A DNA stretch of 63,945 nucleotides, the filler included, from Rhabdomonas costata (lineage: Eukaryota), in NCBI GenBank assembly GCA_019059605.1. It is 17 parts of 17 records of this genome, joined end to end, with 100 filler letters (N's around TTAATTAATTAA, not from the genome) between each part and the next. Parts side by side here need not be neighbours in the genome. Positions count along the whole stretch, not along the records: positions 11,320 to 14,988 come from JAHMHO010000619.1; positions 15,089 to 18,756 come from JAHMHO010000620.1; positions 18,857 to 22,524 come from JAHMHO010000621.1; positions 22,625 to 26,289 come from JAHMHO010000622.1; 13 more parts are not named here. The stretch is one strand, 5' to 3'. Below the pieces are notes generated by a model, which worked only from the letters and a program-made list of their open reading frames with translations, searched no databases and was not told the DNA's origin. Shown in pieces: positions 12,801 to 25,220 of this stretch (position 1 is the stretch's first letter; every line of letters starts with the position of its first letter). The position numbers and the translations under genes are program-made.

Positions 12801-15274
12801 TTCCACTCGCTCATTTAACTGAGGATATTGGTTGAGTGAAAGGCTCGCTCCAAGAACTCAGCATAAGCGTAGAGATGTTCACTGTTTGCTCCACAGCTAC
12901 GCGCTTACGCTCACTGGGTCACATTCGTCACATTCACTGCGTTTAAGGTTCTCATGTTCCTTGAAGCTAGGTTGTCACATTTGCTGCGCTCATGTTCCTC
13001 CTTGTTTCTGGTATTGATGTAGCAAAGCAACCGAGTGATGGATATCTTGTCTGGATGCTCGGTACCTGTCATCCATCCTCTGTATGATGGTTCACTCCAC
13101 GCCATGAGGGAGTACGCTCACGGTGTCACATTCACACTCGGCCTCACTGCGTGACGCCTCAATGCATCTTCCTAATACGCGATGACATACTGCGCGACTC
13201 ATCTCTGCGTCTATTCATTGAGAGAGTGATGGGTGAAAAGGCCAATAGAATGGAGGGGGTCACTCAGGTACAGTGTTGATTTAGTCGCCACTCGTTCAAC
13301 CACCCTAAAATGGTTCAACTCGATCATCCAACACAGAAGAAGGATGTTAGAACTCATACGTCGTCACTCCACCACTGACGTCGCTACGTTAATTCTCTAT
13401 GAGTGCATTTCTTCAGTCTCTGAGCTCATTCCTCCTCATCTTTATGTTATCACGGTTCACAATCACTATCGCTGGTGGATAGAAGGTACTGAGAGACACA
13501 AAATGTAAGAAGCGAAGATGTACTGATATTTAATGCCACTCTCTGCACTCTCGACATGTGGCCCCTATTATCGCATAGATGCCCTTCACCTCTACTCCAT
13601 TTTATTAATTAGCTTCTATACATCCTTAATATGCGAATCTCCCTTAACATTTCACTTAGGCTACTGAGCTGTGGATACCTGGTCATGCTTAATTGTAGTG
13701 ACATCTTCAACACCCACTATGGAAAAAACAACCTACGGAACCAACTATGTAAGAGACTCTGCACAATGTGGAACAGTCACCACCATAGTATCTCATTTTT
13801 CGCAACATAAAGACATCCAGCCGTGTAAAATCCTGGGTCATTTGTGGTGTCTATTATCTAGAATGCTACTATAGAACTTTGTAGAACAACACCAACGCTG
13901 TACAGAGGTTTGAGAGGTTTGTGCAAGTTTTGTAACAAGTTTTTTTGGCTTCAATTCCGTTATCCATGTGATTGTTCTGGAATGCTAATATCCAAGTACT
14001 GCTGAACGTTTATTTGCTCACTCCTCTGAAACTACACTGACATAACTCTCTTGAACGTCCTGGCTTCACTGACAACTTCCAAAGATTAGGCAAATGTCAC
14101 ACACTTACTCTTAATGATATTTTGCATTAGTTTCGTTGTGTACCACAGTGAAAATATGAAAATATCCCTAACGTCATGCGAGAAGAAGGGAAGCGTAGTA
14201 CACAACGAAAGTAACGCCTGATATTTACCCTTTTTCACCCAACACCGTCGGTTGTGGTTTTGGTAAACATGCGCAAGTGAATTGTGGCTAAAACCCGCTT
14301 ACTCAGCATTACTTATTTGTTCTACGCACATTACTTTCATCACTTTTCGTTGCTATGAACCGGTTTAGGCTCTTTTTTATTACCACATAAAATTTCCCAA
14401 CCATTCCGGAACCCCTGCTCTATGCACAGGGCTTCAAAATAATTGTGTAGTATGAAACTGGTCTGATGATCAGCCCTATTAGTTCTTCACTCTGAATTAC
14501 CTCTGCCTCCTTTGTCACTGTGTGCGATCTGTGACTTCAGAATGTTCTATCTGATCAACTCTGATTTATCTGAAGACGGACAAATTCCTGGAATTACAAT
14601 GCATGGATCTCTGCACAACACGCGAGTTCGCTGTCCTAACTCTGGACGTTGTCTTCTTAGTTGCGGCTGGAGCAGCACTGTACCATGACCACACTAGCTT
14701 AACTGATCTACATTCTTCTCAAATTCTCCAAATGAACCATTCGGCACACGTCAGTGGAACACCTAAGTTTTAGGCAATCAACAATGCATAAAAAAGTGGA
14801 TCGTACATCAGAGTACAAACACGCTCTTGAGGGGACATGCAGCTTCGTTTCATCCAAACGTGATATCAAAAAATTATTGTTGCTTGATCCATCAGAAGTG
14901 TGTATTGTTTGTCTAGGAGAGTAGAGGTCTCCACACACAGAAAACAATGTTATCCTGTGTCTACCACTTCTGATGGATCAAACAACAANNNNNNNNNNNN
15001 NNNNNNNNNNNNNNNNNNNNNNNNNNNNNNNNTTAATTAATTAANNNNNNNNNNNNNNNNNNNNNNNNNNNNNNNNNNNNNNNNNNNNGTTGTGGTTTTC
15101 CCAAGAAACTAGGGTTAATACTTCGCCAACTACATCACCTAAGTATTAACCCTAGTTTCTTGGGAACACCACACACATTCACACACGTACACACAAAATA
15201 TGGCCGTTGCGCACTGTCGCAATGTTTGCACTGCTTTGTGCTTTTCTACTAGTTTTGTCTCTCGTGTATCTCAG

Positions 15275-15946
15275 CCCAGGAGGGGCGGATCCACATCATG
15301 CTCGTCCGCGAGGAGATCCGCTCGGACCCTGCGAAGCAGGAGTGGTACCGCAAGGTGCTGCCCGCAGCGGTGCGGTACGCGATGGCGCCGCTGATCTCCA
15401 ACGCGGACCCTGGGTGCGTGGAGTACTGGCACCTGTTCCACCCCGAGGCGAAGGAGGAGGAGGAGGCTTAATATTGTTAAGCCTGGGTTGCTGGGTTATT
15501 GGAGCGAATGGATGGATTGGACCTTGGTCTTTGGATGCCTCCATCTTGTTTCCCTTCGTAGACCTGCATGAGTAATGGGTTGCTTGCACGTTGTTTTATG
15601 GCTGGCTGGGAGTATTATGGTAAGGTGTTAGGTAGGGTTATTTCATTATGTTCTGTTTTTGGCGTTGCAGGTCTTTCGTTTTTCCTTCTAGGTCTCTCTT
15701 TGAGAGCCCTTTGTGTATTACAGTCACTCTTCCTCGGATTATTTTTTATTGCACTCGACATTGCCTTCTCGCTTGTTATTTTTGTTGCGGTCGATGAACC
15801 GTGTATTGGATCGTTCCTGGTTTCTTTTCGATCCGAAGGGGCGCAAGTTGACACGGAGGATTGTTCCTTAAATCTTTCCGGGGCCACGCCGGATTCTTTG
15901 GAATTATCTATGTAGGTTCACCTCCCAGTTTCCGGCGTCGACGTAG
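15275..15946 (+). CDS. C-terminal exons of a probable hemerythrin-family protein (15275-15413 plus a possible terminal exon 15916-15946)
   Basis: GC3-rich exon QEGRIHIMLVREEIRSDPAKQEWYRKVLPAAVRYAMAPLISNADPG between an AG and a gtgcgt donor; in-phase terminal exon FTSQFPAST*. Confidence 0.6.
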
Positions 15947-16560
15947 GAGGTAAGTTGCGTTTCTCTCACAACCACAGAGAGATTGCCATGCATGGTACTC
16001 GTGATTTTTTTGCCACTCGAATTTTGTATTAGCCGACAAATTTACAGTAGGAGTTCCCGCCCTTGCTGCCCGCCTATCCTCTTCGGGTGCAGCGCTTGTG
16101 ACGCCTGGATTTCTTCTGATATCGGATATTTTCTGCGTTTTCTCAATTTTCTGGAAAGCTTTAATAAAGTCTCAGAAAAAAGAAGCGATGTCTCACCCCT
16201 TCCTGATGAAGGACGTTCTTTGGATCCACACTGCCCAGCACAGGCATGTCTTCTGCAGAAGGTGCAGAGGATGCTGCCTTTGTTTTCTTTGTTTGTTTCT
16301 TGCTTTTTTTTTTTTGCTTTGTTTATAAGGATGGGGATAGGCCATTGTAAAACAAGTGCGGTTGACTTTCCGGTCCGCGGGCACAGAACAGCTGCTTTTG
16401 GTTGCCGGAAAAACATTAGAAAGGATGTGTGAAGGTGTCCATACGGTGTCCATAAGGTGTCCATACGCTCGAACCCGTTCGCCTTCTAAATTGGTCGTTA
16501 GTGCTGAGAGTGTGTGATAACTGGGGTAGGGCTTTTTGATCTCTAGGTAATAAGAAGTCT

Positions 16561-16705
16561 CCGCTACGTGGGCAGCAACGCGGCACAAAAGGGATTCAAA
16601 AGAGGCCCCAAGCTGCATCACAAGCTTCCGGGCAGTGGGTGAAAGGTCGAAAAATTCTGACCCAGGGACCGTCACGTGTCGTTTCGGGAGGCCTGTTGTA
16701 CGTAC
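16561..16705 (+). repeat. ~140-bp interspersed repeat, copy 1
   Basis: Colinear with 18464-18604: ccgct.cgtggg..gcggc.caaa.gggat..gcatcacaa..gggtgaa..aaaattctgaccc..ggacc..tcacg..cgtttcgggagg. Confidence 0.8.
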
Positions 16706-16825
16706 ACAAAACCCCAAGCTTAGACTAGGCCCGCTTCGGCTGTGCCCTCATACTTGCAAAGGTTGCTTCTTTGATCTTTTGTGGGCTTCTGACCAGTTTT
16801 CTATGTCTGTTCCTTTTTGATTCAG

Positions 16826-18435
16826 GGACCTGCAGTTTGTCGAGACAATGGTGAAGAACTCCAAGGACCTCTTCGTGGAGGGGTCCCTGGAGGAGCAGAA
16901 GAAATGTGTGAAGACTCTGGAGAGGGCTCATTACTACCTCTTTGACATCATTCTCGCGGTGTGTGTAGCACGGGATTGCGCTCTCTCGTTGCGAAATGAG
17001 TGCTCGTACCCTTTGTGCTTTGTGGTGGGCATGTGCGGCATCCATCGAGAGCCAGTCGCGGTTGATTGGATAGAAAGCGATGTGTCTGTGTGAATGAGTC
17101 AAAGAGTGTGCATTTAAGTTAAGGACGCGTGAGTCTGATGGAGGAGGAGTTCTGGTGTGTTGTCAAGTAAGCCGGCAATCTCTAGGATGCGCTTGTCTTG
17201 GGTTAGGCTCTGCTTCTCTTTTCATTTACTCTGCACCATCTCACCAATTTGTTTTCCAGTCCGCTTTTTTACACCACCGCCACACAAACAAGACAAAGAA
17301 AATTAAGGGCACAACTGTCCCGATTTCAAACGGAAAATGGGTTGAAATAGTGGTGTTAGTCCTGGAGTTGGGTTTCTGGTGTGCTTCCTGGCCTTGGCAG
17401 CAACATGATAACGCCGAGGACGAGGTGCTGTTTCCCAGCCTTAGGGAGGCCGACCCGACCTACGTGACCTGGCTAAAGCACGTCTTGAACGAGCACAAGG
17501 AGCTGCAGCAGAAGGTCTTCCGCTTGCTCCTTGGTGCAGCTGAACAGTGGTCAATACCTTCACTATAGCTCGTGGCTCCACCTGTCTGGGCTGGTCAACT
17601 GTCTGGATGGCTCGGTTTGCCGGTATTGGGGCTGAGGCTTCCTTTCAATGCACGACAGGAGGAATGACCTCCCACTCTCTGCTGGACTCGGCTCTCGTGG
17701 GCCTTCTGTGATTCTTTTCACTGCCAGGCAGCGATTGAATACAAGCATCCTGTTGTCGAGTTGTTTTGGCGGGTGATGCTGAAACATTTATGTTCTCTTT
17801 TTCTTCAGCGGAAGGAGCTCTCGGAAATGGTGAAACAGATCGGGGCCATGCTCTCTCCCGCGAAGACGAAGGAGCTTTTGGGCTCACTAGAAGAGGGCCT
17901 GCGTGCCTTTGCCTCGTTCTACAAGCACCACACCGAAGAAGAGGAGAAGGTTGGACTTTTCTTGATTCTTTGGCAGAACTGTCAAAGCAATACGTTAAGG
18001 AAGTCTCTCGGAAAACAACCACTTGCAACCGGTGCAGATGGGCCGCCGCGCCGCTAAAATAGCATAGGTTTTCTGTGTAACTGTCCCTTATTTCTGCGAT
18101 GCGGTTCCCATGATCGTGATTGCGTCGAGGGGAGGGAGAGCGTTTTGTCCATGCCATACAGCTAGTTAAGGAGGTCGTGACGAAGCACTTGCCGGAGGAC
18201 CAGCAGATTCTGCTGATCAACCGCTTGAACGGCTTCTACACTACCAGTATGCGGCTGGCTTTTGCGATCTCCTTCTCATTGTTGCGCTTATTGCATCCTC
18301 TTTCTCGGGTAACAACGAGGAACAGAATAGGACATGGTTTTTGTTCTCTTTGTGGCATTGACGCAGTAATATACTGGTTGTCGCAGGAGGCCCAAGAGCC
18401 AGTTGCCGAGCCCATTTTGGCGTGGGTGGTTTCTT
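16826..18435 (+). CDS. Hemerythrin (HHE) domain protein, partial; exons 16826-16958, 17401-17514, 17809-17949, 18161-18245 and one ending at 18435
   Basis: QHDNAEDEVLFP..LNEHKEL..YKHHTEEEEK gives the HxxxE / H / HxxxE metal-ligand pattern; GT-AG introns in phase. Confidence 0.85.
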
Positions 18436-18463
18436 GTACGTTATTTGTCCTGTCGTAAACCCT

Positions 18464-18604
18464 CCGCTGCGTGGGGCAAGAAGCGGCGCAAATGGGATAC
18501 GAAGGGGCTGTCAAGGGGCATCACAACCCTCCGAGGGTGAAAGGACTGAAAATTCTGACCCGAAGGACCGGTCACGCAGCGTTTCGGGAGGTTGCTGTCC
18601 ATAC
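18464..18604 (+). repeat. ~140-bp interspersed repeat, copy 2 (intronic)
   Basis: Diverged direct copy of 16561-16705. Confidence 0.8.
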
Positions 18605-19019
18605 GACCCCAGACCTGCCCTGCCCTTTGTTTTTCAGTGTTTTTTTCTTTGCCGGCACATGATTGTACGTGATCCGCCGGAGATTCGGAATTTTGCGTCG
18701 GTTTTAACATCGTGCCGGCACAGCAGTGACACAAACAACCCAAACACACCCACCACNNNNNNNNNNNNNNNNNNNNNNNNNNNNNNNNNNNNNNNNNNNN
18801 TTAATTAATTAANNNNNNNNNNNNNNNNNNNNNNNNNNNNNNNNNNNNNNNNNNNNGGCTTGGTTGTTCTAGTTGTTCTATAAAAGACGTGATACACAAA
18901 GTTCTACACCTGCAAACGGGATCTGTGTATCACGTCTTTTATAGAACAACTAGAACAATTAATAGAAAATCCACGAAAAAATAGAACAACCAGATAGAAA
19001 ATACTCGTCCAGGATTAGG

Positions 19020-20260
19020 AACCATGATTCCGGTAAATAAACGTTCATACGCACGCTCTCATTGAGATGCTGGTGAACGAGTGGGGAATTCCAGAAGACA
19101 AAAAGGAATTAGCTAATCCCTAGCAGAATCTTTGCGCATTTAACAATTTGTGACTCGGAAATTTAATGTATTTTGGAAATGCAATGTATTATATTGCCAC
19201 TTCAAAATGCAACCACTTTCGACAGGCAAGCATTCAAAATCTTCCAAAGCTTTTGCGTGAAGGATTGAAGCTTAAAACAAAAATATTTGATCACATGGCG
19301 CAACTGAACCGAAGTGCAATCGCATTGAGCGTTGAAAAGAGCCACGGCATTTTCTTGGAAAACTCGGAAATAGGAACGCAATGGGCGGGAGTGAAAACTT
19401 CGGATGTCAAAACATTCTTAAAATTCGCCCTGAAGCCCCGTGGTTGGCAATGACAGCGACCGTACCAGGGCAGGCCAGTCTATGCTCCAATTTAGCTCTC
19501 GGATGATGAAGAGCTCACACCGAGAACATGAAAATGGTGGAGGCAGTTTTCAAAATACGCAGAAGCCGACGGATGATTGCACAATAGGGTTGAGAGCAAC
19601 CGCGGCGCGAACGCAAAAAAGCCCTTTCCAAGGGGACGCCAGAATCATCGCTGATAAACGGCATTCTGCTCATGTTCTCTCGCGCTGTGGTTGGGCGTTT
19701 TGCGTGAAATTCACTTTCCTACTCCGGCACGTGGGGCAAATGACGCAAAACGATTTCAATTCTTCATTATTTGGTTAGATTTAGGAAGTCTTTGGCTTCA
19801 ATTTTGAAACATTATTCTTCAAAAATCGCCGCCGTATCAACTAGCATCCATAAATCGGGATGTGTTGATCCTACCAATGATGGTGGACACACCCAGTTGT
19901 GTTTTTTCAACGCAATCAGTTCCACGTAAGCAGCGGAGAGGTTCCCCACAATCATTTTCGCTGTCGCAACACGTTCACATTATCACAGCCTGCGCCTCAA
20001 AATGATCATCGATTTCATGTTCTCACGCGCAAGCAGAAAGCAGCTGAACAGCTGTGAGTAATTGATTGATGACTGGCGCAAACGATGGTCGCCAGACTTT
20101 GCATCCTTGGAGATAGAGAAAGAAGGCTGCGTGTGCAGCGCTCAGTATTCTGAAGTAACTCACTGCATCAGCACCGCTTCCAGAGGAATGTTCAGGAATC
20201 AGCGCGCTACGTTATACTCAATGCATCACCATGATATCTTGCTCATGATGATCAACCACT
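19020..20260 (+). mobile_element. Possible degenerate hAT-like transposase
   Basis: Fragments LVNEWGIPEDK, CNHFRQAS, IGTQWAG (TRW-like) and IDDWRKR..PDFASL..CISTAS-GMF (dimerisation-domain-like) in hAT order, broken by stops and frameshifts. Confidence 0.4.
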
Positions 20261-20699
20261 CTGCCATGCATTCAGGCAGTTTACACATGGGCAAATGATA
20301 GAGCATATTTTATTAGGCCATTTTGCTTCAAATTACAGTAGCACTGAGACCGATTCGACCCATAAGTTTGTGTTCTTCCAACACATTGTCCAGCGGAGCC
20401 CCTTCTTACAGGAAATACAGACTCAACCATGATGCCCAGCCATCCGTTAAGCTTTTTAAAATTACAATCCTCCACCTACCCACCTCATCGAAGGACCGAG
20501 TCCTTTGGAAATTTGAAAATTTGGAAATTTGGCATGAAAATATATCCTTCAAAGCTTGGCGCTTTCTGGTCGCGGCGACTCGCAGGTCGGGACTCTGGAA
20601 AAACGGTCCGCGTAGTTTGGCGCGGGCGTCTGGAACATACAATTAACGGCGCCAGTCATATACTCGAAAGTGGCCTTCACCAGGCATCACGCGATTCTG

Positions 20700-22524
20700 T
20701 AAACTGTCATCATCAGCAGTTTTACTCACCGCAGTCCACAGCAGTAATATCTCTGTCAGAAGCACCTCTATCTGCAGGCACAACAATAAAATGGACTGGT
20801 ATACACCTCAGACTTCTCCTTCTCCTTCTCTAATGCATCACTGCACTCATCACTTTCATATACGTTGATGTCATTCTTTTAATCTCGACTCTTACAAAAG
20901 CTTTAAATTCACTCGTGGCTCTGTAGACTATGTAATGTCCCACCACAACACCGGATGGTATCCTTAATTCAGGTAAAATTGGCTGTACTCTGTATTGGCA
21001 ATAGACTCACTGTTTACTGCAATTTCTATAATTGTTTCTATCAGATTTCCGGTTATTCTTTGAATGTAACGACATTGTATTCTATGTAAACCATGATTTA
21101 TTACTAGCGCACACATAAACAACTCTGCAATGTCGTTGGAATTGTTTGGCTATGTCAGAGTATCAACACATCTTTGTAGTAATATTTGCAATGTCAACAC
21201 CATCGTTGGTGCCATCGCACACTAAATCTAGCATTTCATTATCATACACTGATTAGTTTTTATCCGCATTTATTAGATTTCATGAACAACACGCCACAAA
21301 TTGCACCATGCTACCTTCCACTTGCTGTGAAACCGTGGCTCGAATCACAATCTCTCAATCATCTGTGTGAAGCACCGTTGGCTTTTAAAATCTGCGACCA
21401 CCAAAACTGGAGATTTCAACAGCCCGGCGGCTTTCAACATCTGAAACGCCGTCTCATGCGCTTCACAACGACACACTATTTATTCCTTTTGATTATATGG
21501 GGCTGAAACTGTGCGAAATAATCCGCAAATAAACATCATACAGTCAGAGAAAACTCTTCACATAGGTTGTGCTACTCAACACCACTCATTTGCTTACGTT
21601 GGTCAATTTCATTGGCTGTGGTCCAATTATATTCATATCCACAGTAAATCCGCAATAATTGACTGGATTGACTGGCTGTGCAACCTTACACTTCTCATGA
21701 TTTGCAAAAACATTCTTTTTTACAACATCTTATACAACACCAACGATTCCACATGGGCTTACAGAGTCTTCATACGGACGAGAATGTTACGCGCCTGTGG
21801 TCTATCGCATATTGTCAAGAGTGAAGTCCATGGTTCTCTGGAACGTTGCTGGAGCATTGAACAACTCAAATGGAATGAATATAAACTGGAAACTTACTTT
21901 GTATTAAATGAAGTCCTCTCCGCATGCGCTGGATGAATGCGGATCTGATGGAATCCAGCATGCATATCAAGTTTGGAAAACCACTTGGCCTTCCTCGAAT
22001 GAATAATTATATCGCCAGTTTGTGATAAATCGTACGCATCTGTAACAAATATCGAATTAATTGTTCTTTAATCCACCCACAGATGCAACTTATTGTTAGC
22101 TTTTATAACGAACCACTGCGCAATAAGGCGGTGTTTTTGGCTATACAAAAAAAATCCACTGCAAAATGAATGTCCACCTCATCAGCCGGGACATTCTTGG
22201 ACATTAGGTACAGACTCTGGGACGTTAACTTTATTCCGATCAATTATATGTTCTGTAATCCTTAAAAGTGGTAACACTCCTGTGAAAGAATCTGGAACTA
22301 TATGATCAAATTTTCAATTGAGCCTACAAAAATCTGAAGGTTATGGAAAAAACGCACAAGATGGTCAAAGATAATGTGATACAATTCCTTAATTAACTTA
22401 TTTACCTCATTTAGTGACGAATCTTGCAGTTTACTTTGATTTCACACATAGACTCCTGAGACATGCTAGCCGTTTTAATCTCGTTGACATCCACTTTGTA
22501 AATATCAACATTGGAATCAAACAA
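20700..22524 (-). mobile_element. Degenerate Ty3/gypsy LTR retrotransposon pol
   Basis: Minus-strand KWFSKLDMHAGFHQIRIHPAHAERTSF (~21905-21990) is a clear gypsy RT motif; many stops; resembles the element at 4300-7440. Confidence 0.85.
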
Positions 22525-22898
22525 NNNNNNNNNNNNNNNNNNNNNNNNNNNNNNNNNNNNNNNNNNNNTTAATTAATTAANNNNNNNNNNNNNNNNNNNN
22601 NNNNNNNNNNNNNNNNNNNNNNNNCCCCCCTTCTGCCCTTGTCAATGTTGTAAGTGTAAATGTGTGTGTGTGTGTAAATATGGATAATATAACCTGACTC
22701 AACCCATATTTTGTTTGTATAACGTTTGGAAATTCCAGGGATGAGGGAGGATGAGAATGAGACCCTGTGGGACCATTGGTGAACCAGCACTGGATATGCT
22801 TCCCATTTTCCCGCTGTACGCTGTGCAAGAGAAAGAGAGTAATCACACGCGGAGACTGTGGGACGCAACAGTGGCGCTACAGTGGGGGCTCAGGCAAC

Positions 22899-23404
22899 CT
22901 CCCCCGAGGAGCCGGAATCTGGCCGTGACGACAGCATCTTCGCTGAGCTGCACTGGCACTGCGGCGTCGACCAGGGCCTCACCAGAGAGGCTGAGCCACA
23001 ACAGGTCTGCAGAGGGAAGCCTGTTGTAAAGTGAGCAGTGGTAAAGAACAGGAATCAAACACACACACACACACACACGGTAAGGAGATATTTATATTTA
23101 TCTGCGCAAATTTCTCAGCAGGAAAAAGCAAGAAAAAAAGCATGAGGTACGCTTAAGGGAGTTTTGTTGACTTTACGGATCAAAATCCATTGAGAGGGCG
23201 ACGACCGTTTGAACCGTCCCCCCCACCCCACCCTAAAAAAGGTGAAAGCCCCTTTACTGACTAAGCTAGTTGATTCTCAGTATAAGGATACCTCAGTTCC
23301 GCAGAAATTCTGGCGTGAAGCTGAGCGGCCGTGGCGTCGCGGCGTATTCTTACGGGGGTGCAGCGGCAGTCCGGCCCTTGAACCAGCACGCCAACCATGG
23401 ACAT
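22899..23404 (-). CDS. N-terminal ubiquitin-like domain ending RLLGG; exons 23404-23292 and 23020-22899
   Basis: MSMVGVLVQGPDCRCTPVRIRRDATAAQLHARISAELRLPSADLLWLSLSGEALVDAAVPVQLSEDAVVTARFRLLGG (78 aa) has beta-grasp spacing and a di-Gly; phase-2 GT-AG intron. Confidence 0.75.
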
Positions 23405-23631
23405 CGCGGAGAAAAAACAGTGTGGAAGGGCACGGGCACGAGGTTGTTGGGAAAGGAAGGACAAGAGTGCCTGGAAATGCTGAAAGATCGAGAAGGGATG
23501 CGAAGGGTAAAACGACGACGAGGGGTTGGGGAAATTTCCCCTGTTCCCATTTCCCCCATCGCCGTTTCCAAGTTTCCGCTTCCATTTTGTACTCACGGAA
23601 TTTAGTGTTTTTTGTTTCGAAAAAAAAAGAG

Positions 23632-23686
<55 letters not shown>

Positions 23687-23687
23687 C
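23632..23687. repeat. (AAC)n microsatellite
   Basis: Pure trinucleotide run. Confidence 0.98.
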
Positions 23688-25137
23688 TGCATCTATTTCC
23701 TGTTTCTTTCCAATCTACTTCTGCTGCGTGGTGACCAATGCGCTGTGAACAATTTGTTTGTGTTAATTTTTGGGGGAAAAGTCAAGCGACAGAAAGAACC
23801 AAGTTTTTTTTTTTTGCAAAAAGTCCAAAGTCAAGACATGGTGAGGCATGACAACTCACGACAACTCATGGTACTGGAACTTTATCGGAAGGCAGCAGCT
23901 GAAAGCTATCGTTCCCAATTTTGGCATAAGGCATTTCCGAACCCAACGATCCCAGGGATTTCGGGGCCGCGGAGGGTAGCGGAGACAACAGGGTTGGGGA
24001 AAAGAGGCGCTGCGTCGCGCGGCCCAAGAGATTCTGGAAATCATAGAGGCACACTCGCTATGACTACCCCTGTCAGGGGAGACGTGCATCGCAACCTAAC
24101 CACCTGTGAAACATTCCATTGGGATCACAAACCCAATGGGTGGTTTAACCTTTGACACCTTGGTGGGGGGGGCACAAATTATGGAATCGCCCAATGTTTG
24201 GTTGCGGGCTGGTTGTGGACATGTTGAGGACAGATTGTGGATAGGTTGTGGACACGTTGATATTCCAGCGCTCAAATGGAAACAGAACTTGCAGGTAGTG
24301 GGTGACAGTCAGACGTACATCTATCTACACTCCAATGTATCATTCATCCACAGCAGTCCACCAACAAGGACGCGCACGCGGGAAAGAGAAAGGGACAGCA
24401 GCCTCAGCTCGGCATAAGATACCAGCACAAGACAAAGGCAAATCACCCCTCTAGAGCAAGCCCAGGACAACGAGTGAGAAGATTCGGGCTTTTCAAATGC
24501 CCCAAAGCCCAGAAGCGGTTTTCGGGCAGGTCGGTTTCTGTGTGACTTGCGTGAGGACTCCGTGCAGATCCGTAGATCCCGAAGGTTCAAGTGAGGCGAG
24601 GACAGGATGGCCTCTCTTGACAAAAGAATCAGGGTGGGATGCGGTGAACCGGAGAAGTCGGCAGGGAACAGGGGGACAATTGGGGTCTTTTTGCCCGACA
24701 AAGAGAGGAGTAGGGTGAGGGGAAAGCTGGAGAAGACGCGGGGGACGAGAGAGCACGCCAAACCAGGGAGGGAGCTCGTGTCGCTAAGAAAGAGGATGTG
24801 CCTGAAGAGGTGTGGAGGGTGTGCCTCCAGCAGAAGCCAAGAATGGCGAGAAAACGATCAGGAGTCCCGTGGGGGTGGGATGGGGGTGATGAAGAAGGAC
24901 CGTAACCTCCGTGTGGCCAAGCGGCCTGGCCAACGGACCAACACAAGTCCGGAGACTCGCAGAGGGCGCCGCCATCTGCCCACGTGCGATTCACCTCTCC
25001 CCCACTTGCTCTTTCCAAAAACAAGCCAGAAATCAGTTGAAACGAAAGACAAGGATTTTGCAAATGGCTGAGAAATAGCAGCCGCAACAACAACAACAGC
25101 AACAAGAGGCAGAAGAGGAAGAGGAAGAAGAGGAGGA

Positions 25138-25167
25138 ACGTGCACGTGCACGTGCACGTGCACGTGC
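25138..25167. repeat. (GTGCAC)n self-complementary hexamer repeat downstream of the MAP3K stop
   Basis: acgtgcacgtgcacgtgcacgtgcacgtgc. Confidence 0.95.
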
Positions 25168-25220
25168 CACCATCATTGCCGGACGGAGGTGCATGGCGTG
25201 CCGCGGAGGGAGGGGGGCTG

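Noticed and set aside
14461..14577. Box C/D snoRNA-like TGATGA...CTGA with a 10-nt match (ccctattagt) to a conserved LSU rRNA segment
   Set aside because: The match is 8 nt away from the D-like box, box C lacks the leading purine, and the context is decayed repeat DNA. Chance is likely.
12800..14870. Possible genes or integrase remnant in the second half of contig 4
   Set aside because: Only short stop-ridden ORFs without a motif I can defend; left unannotated.
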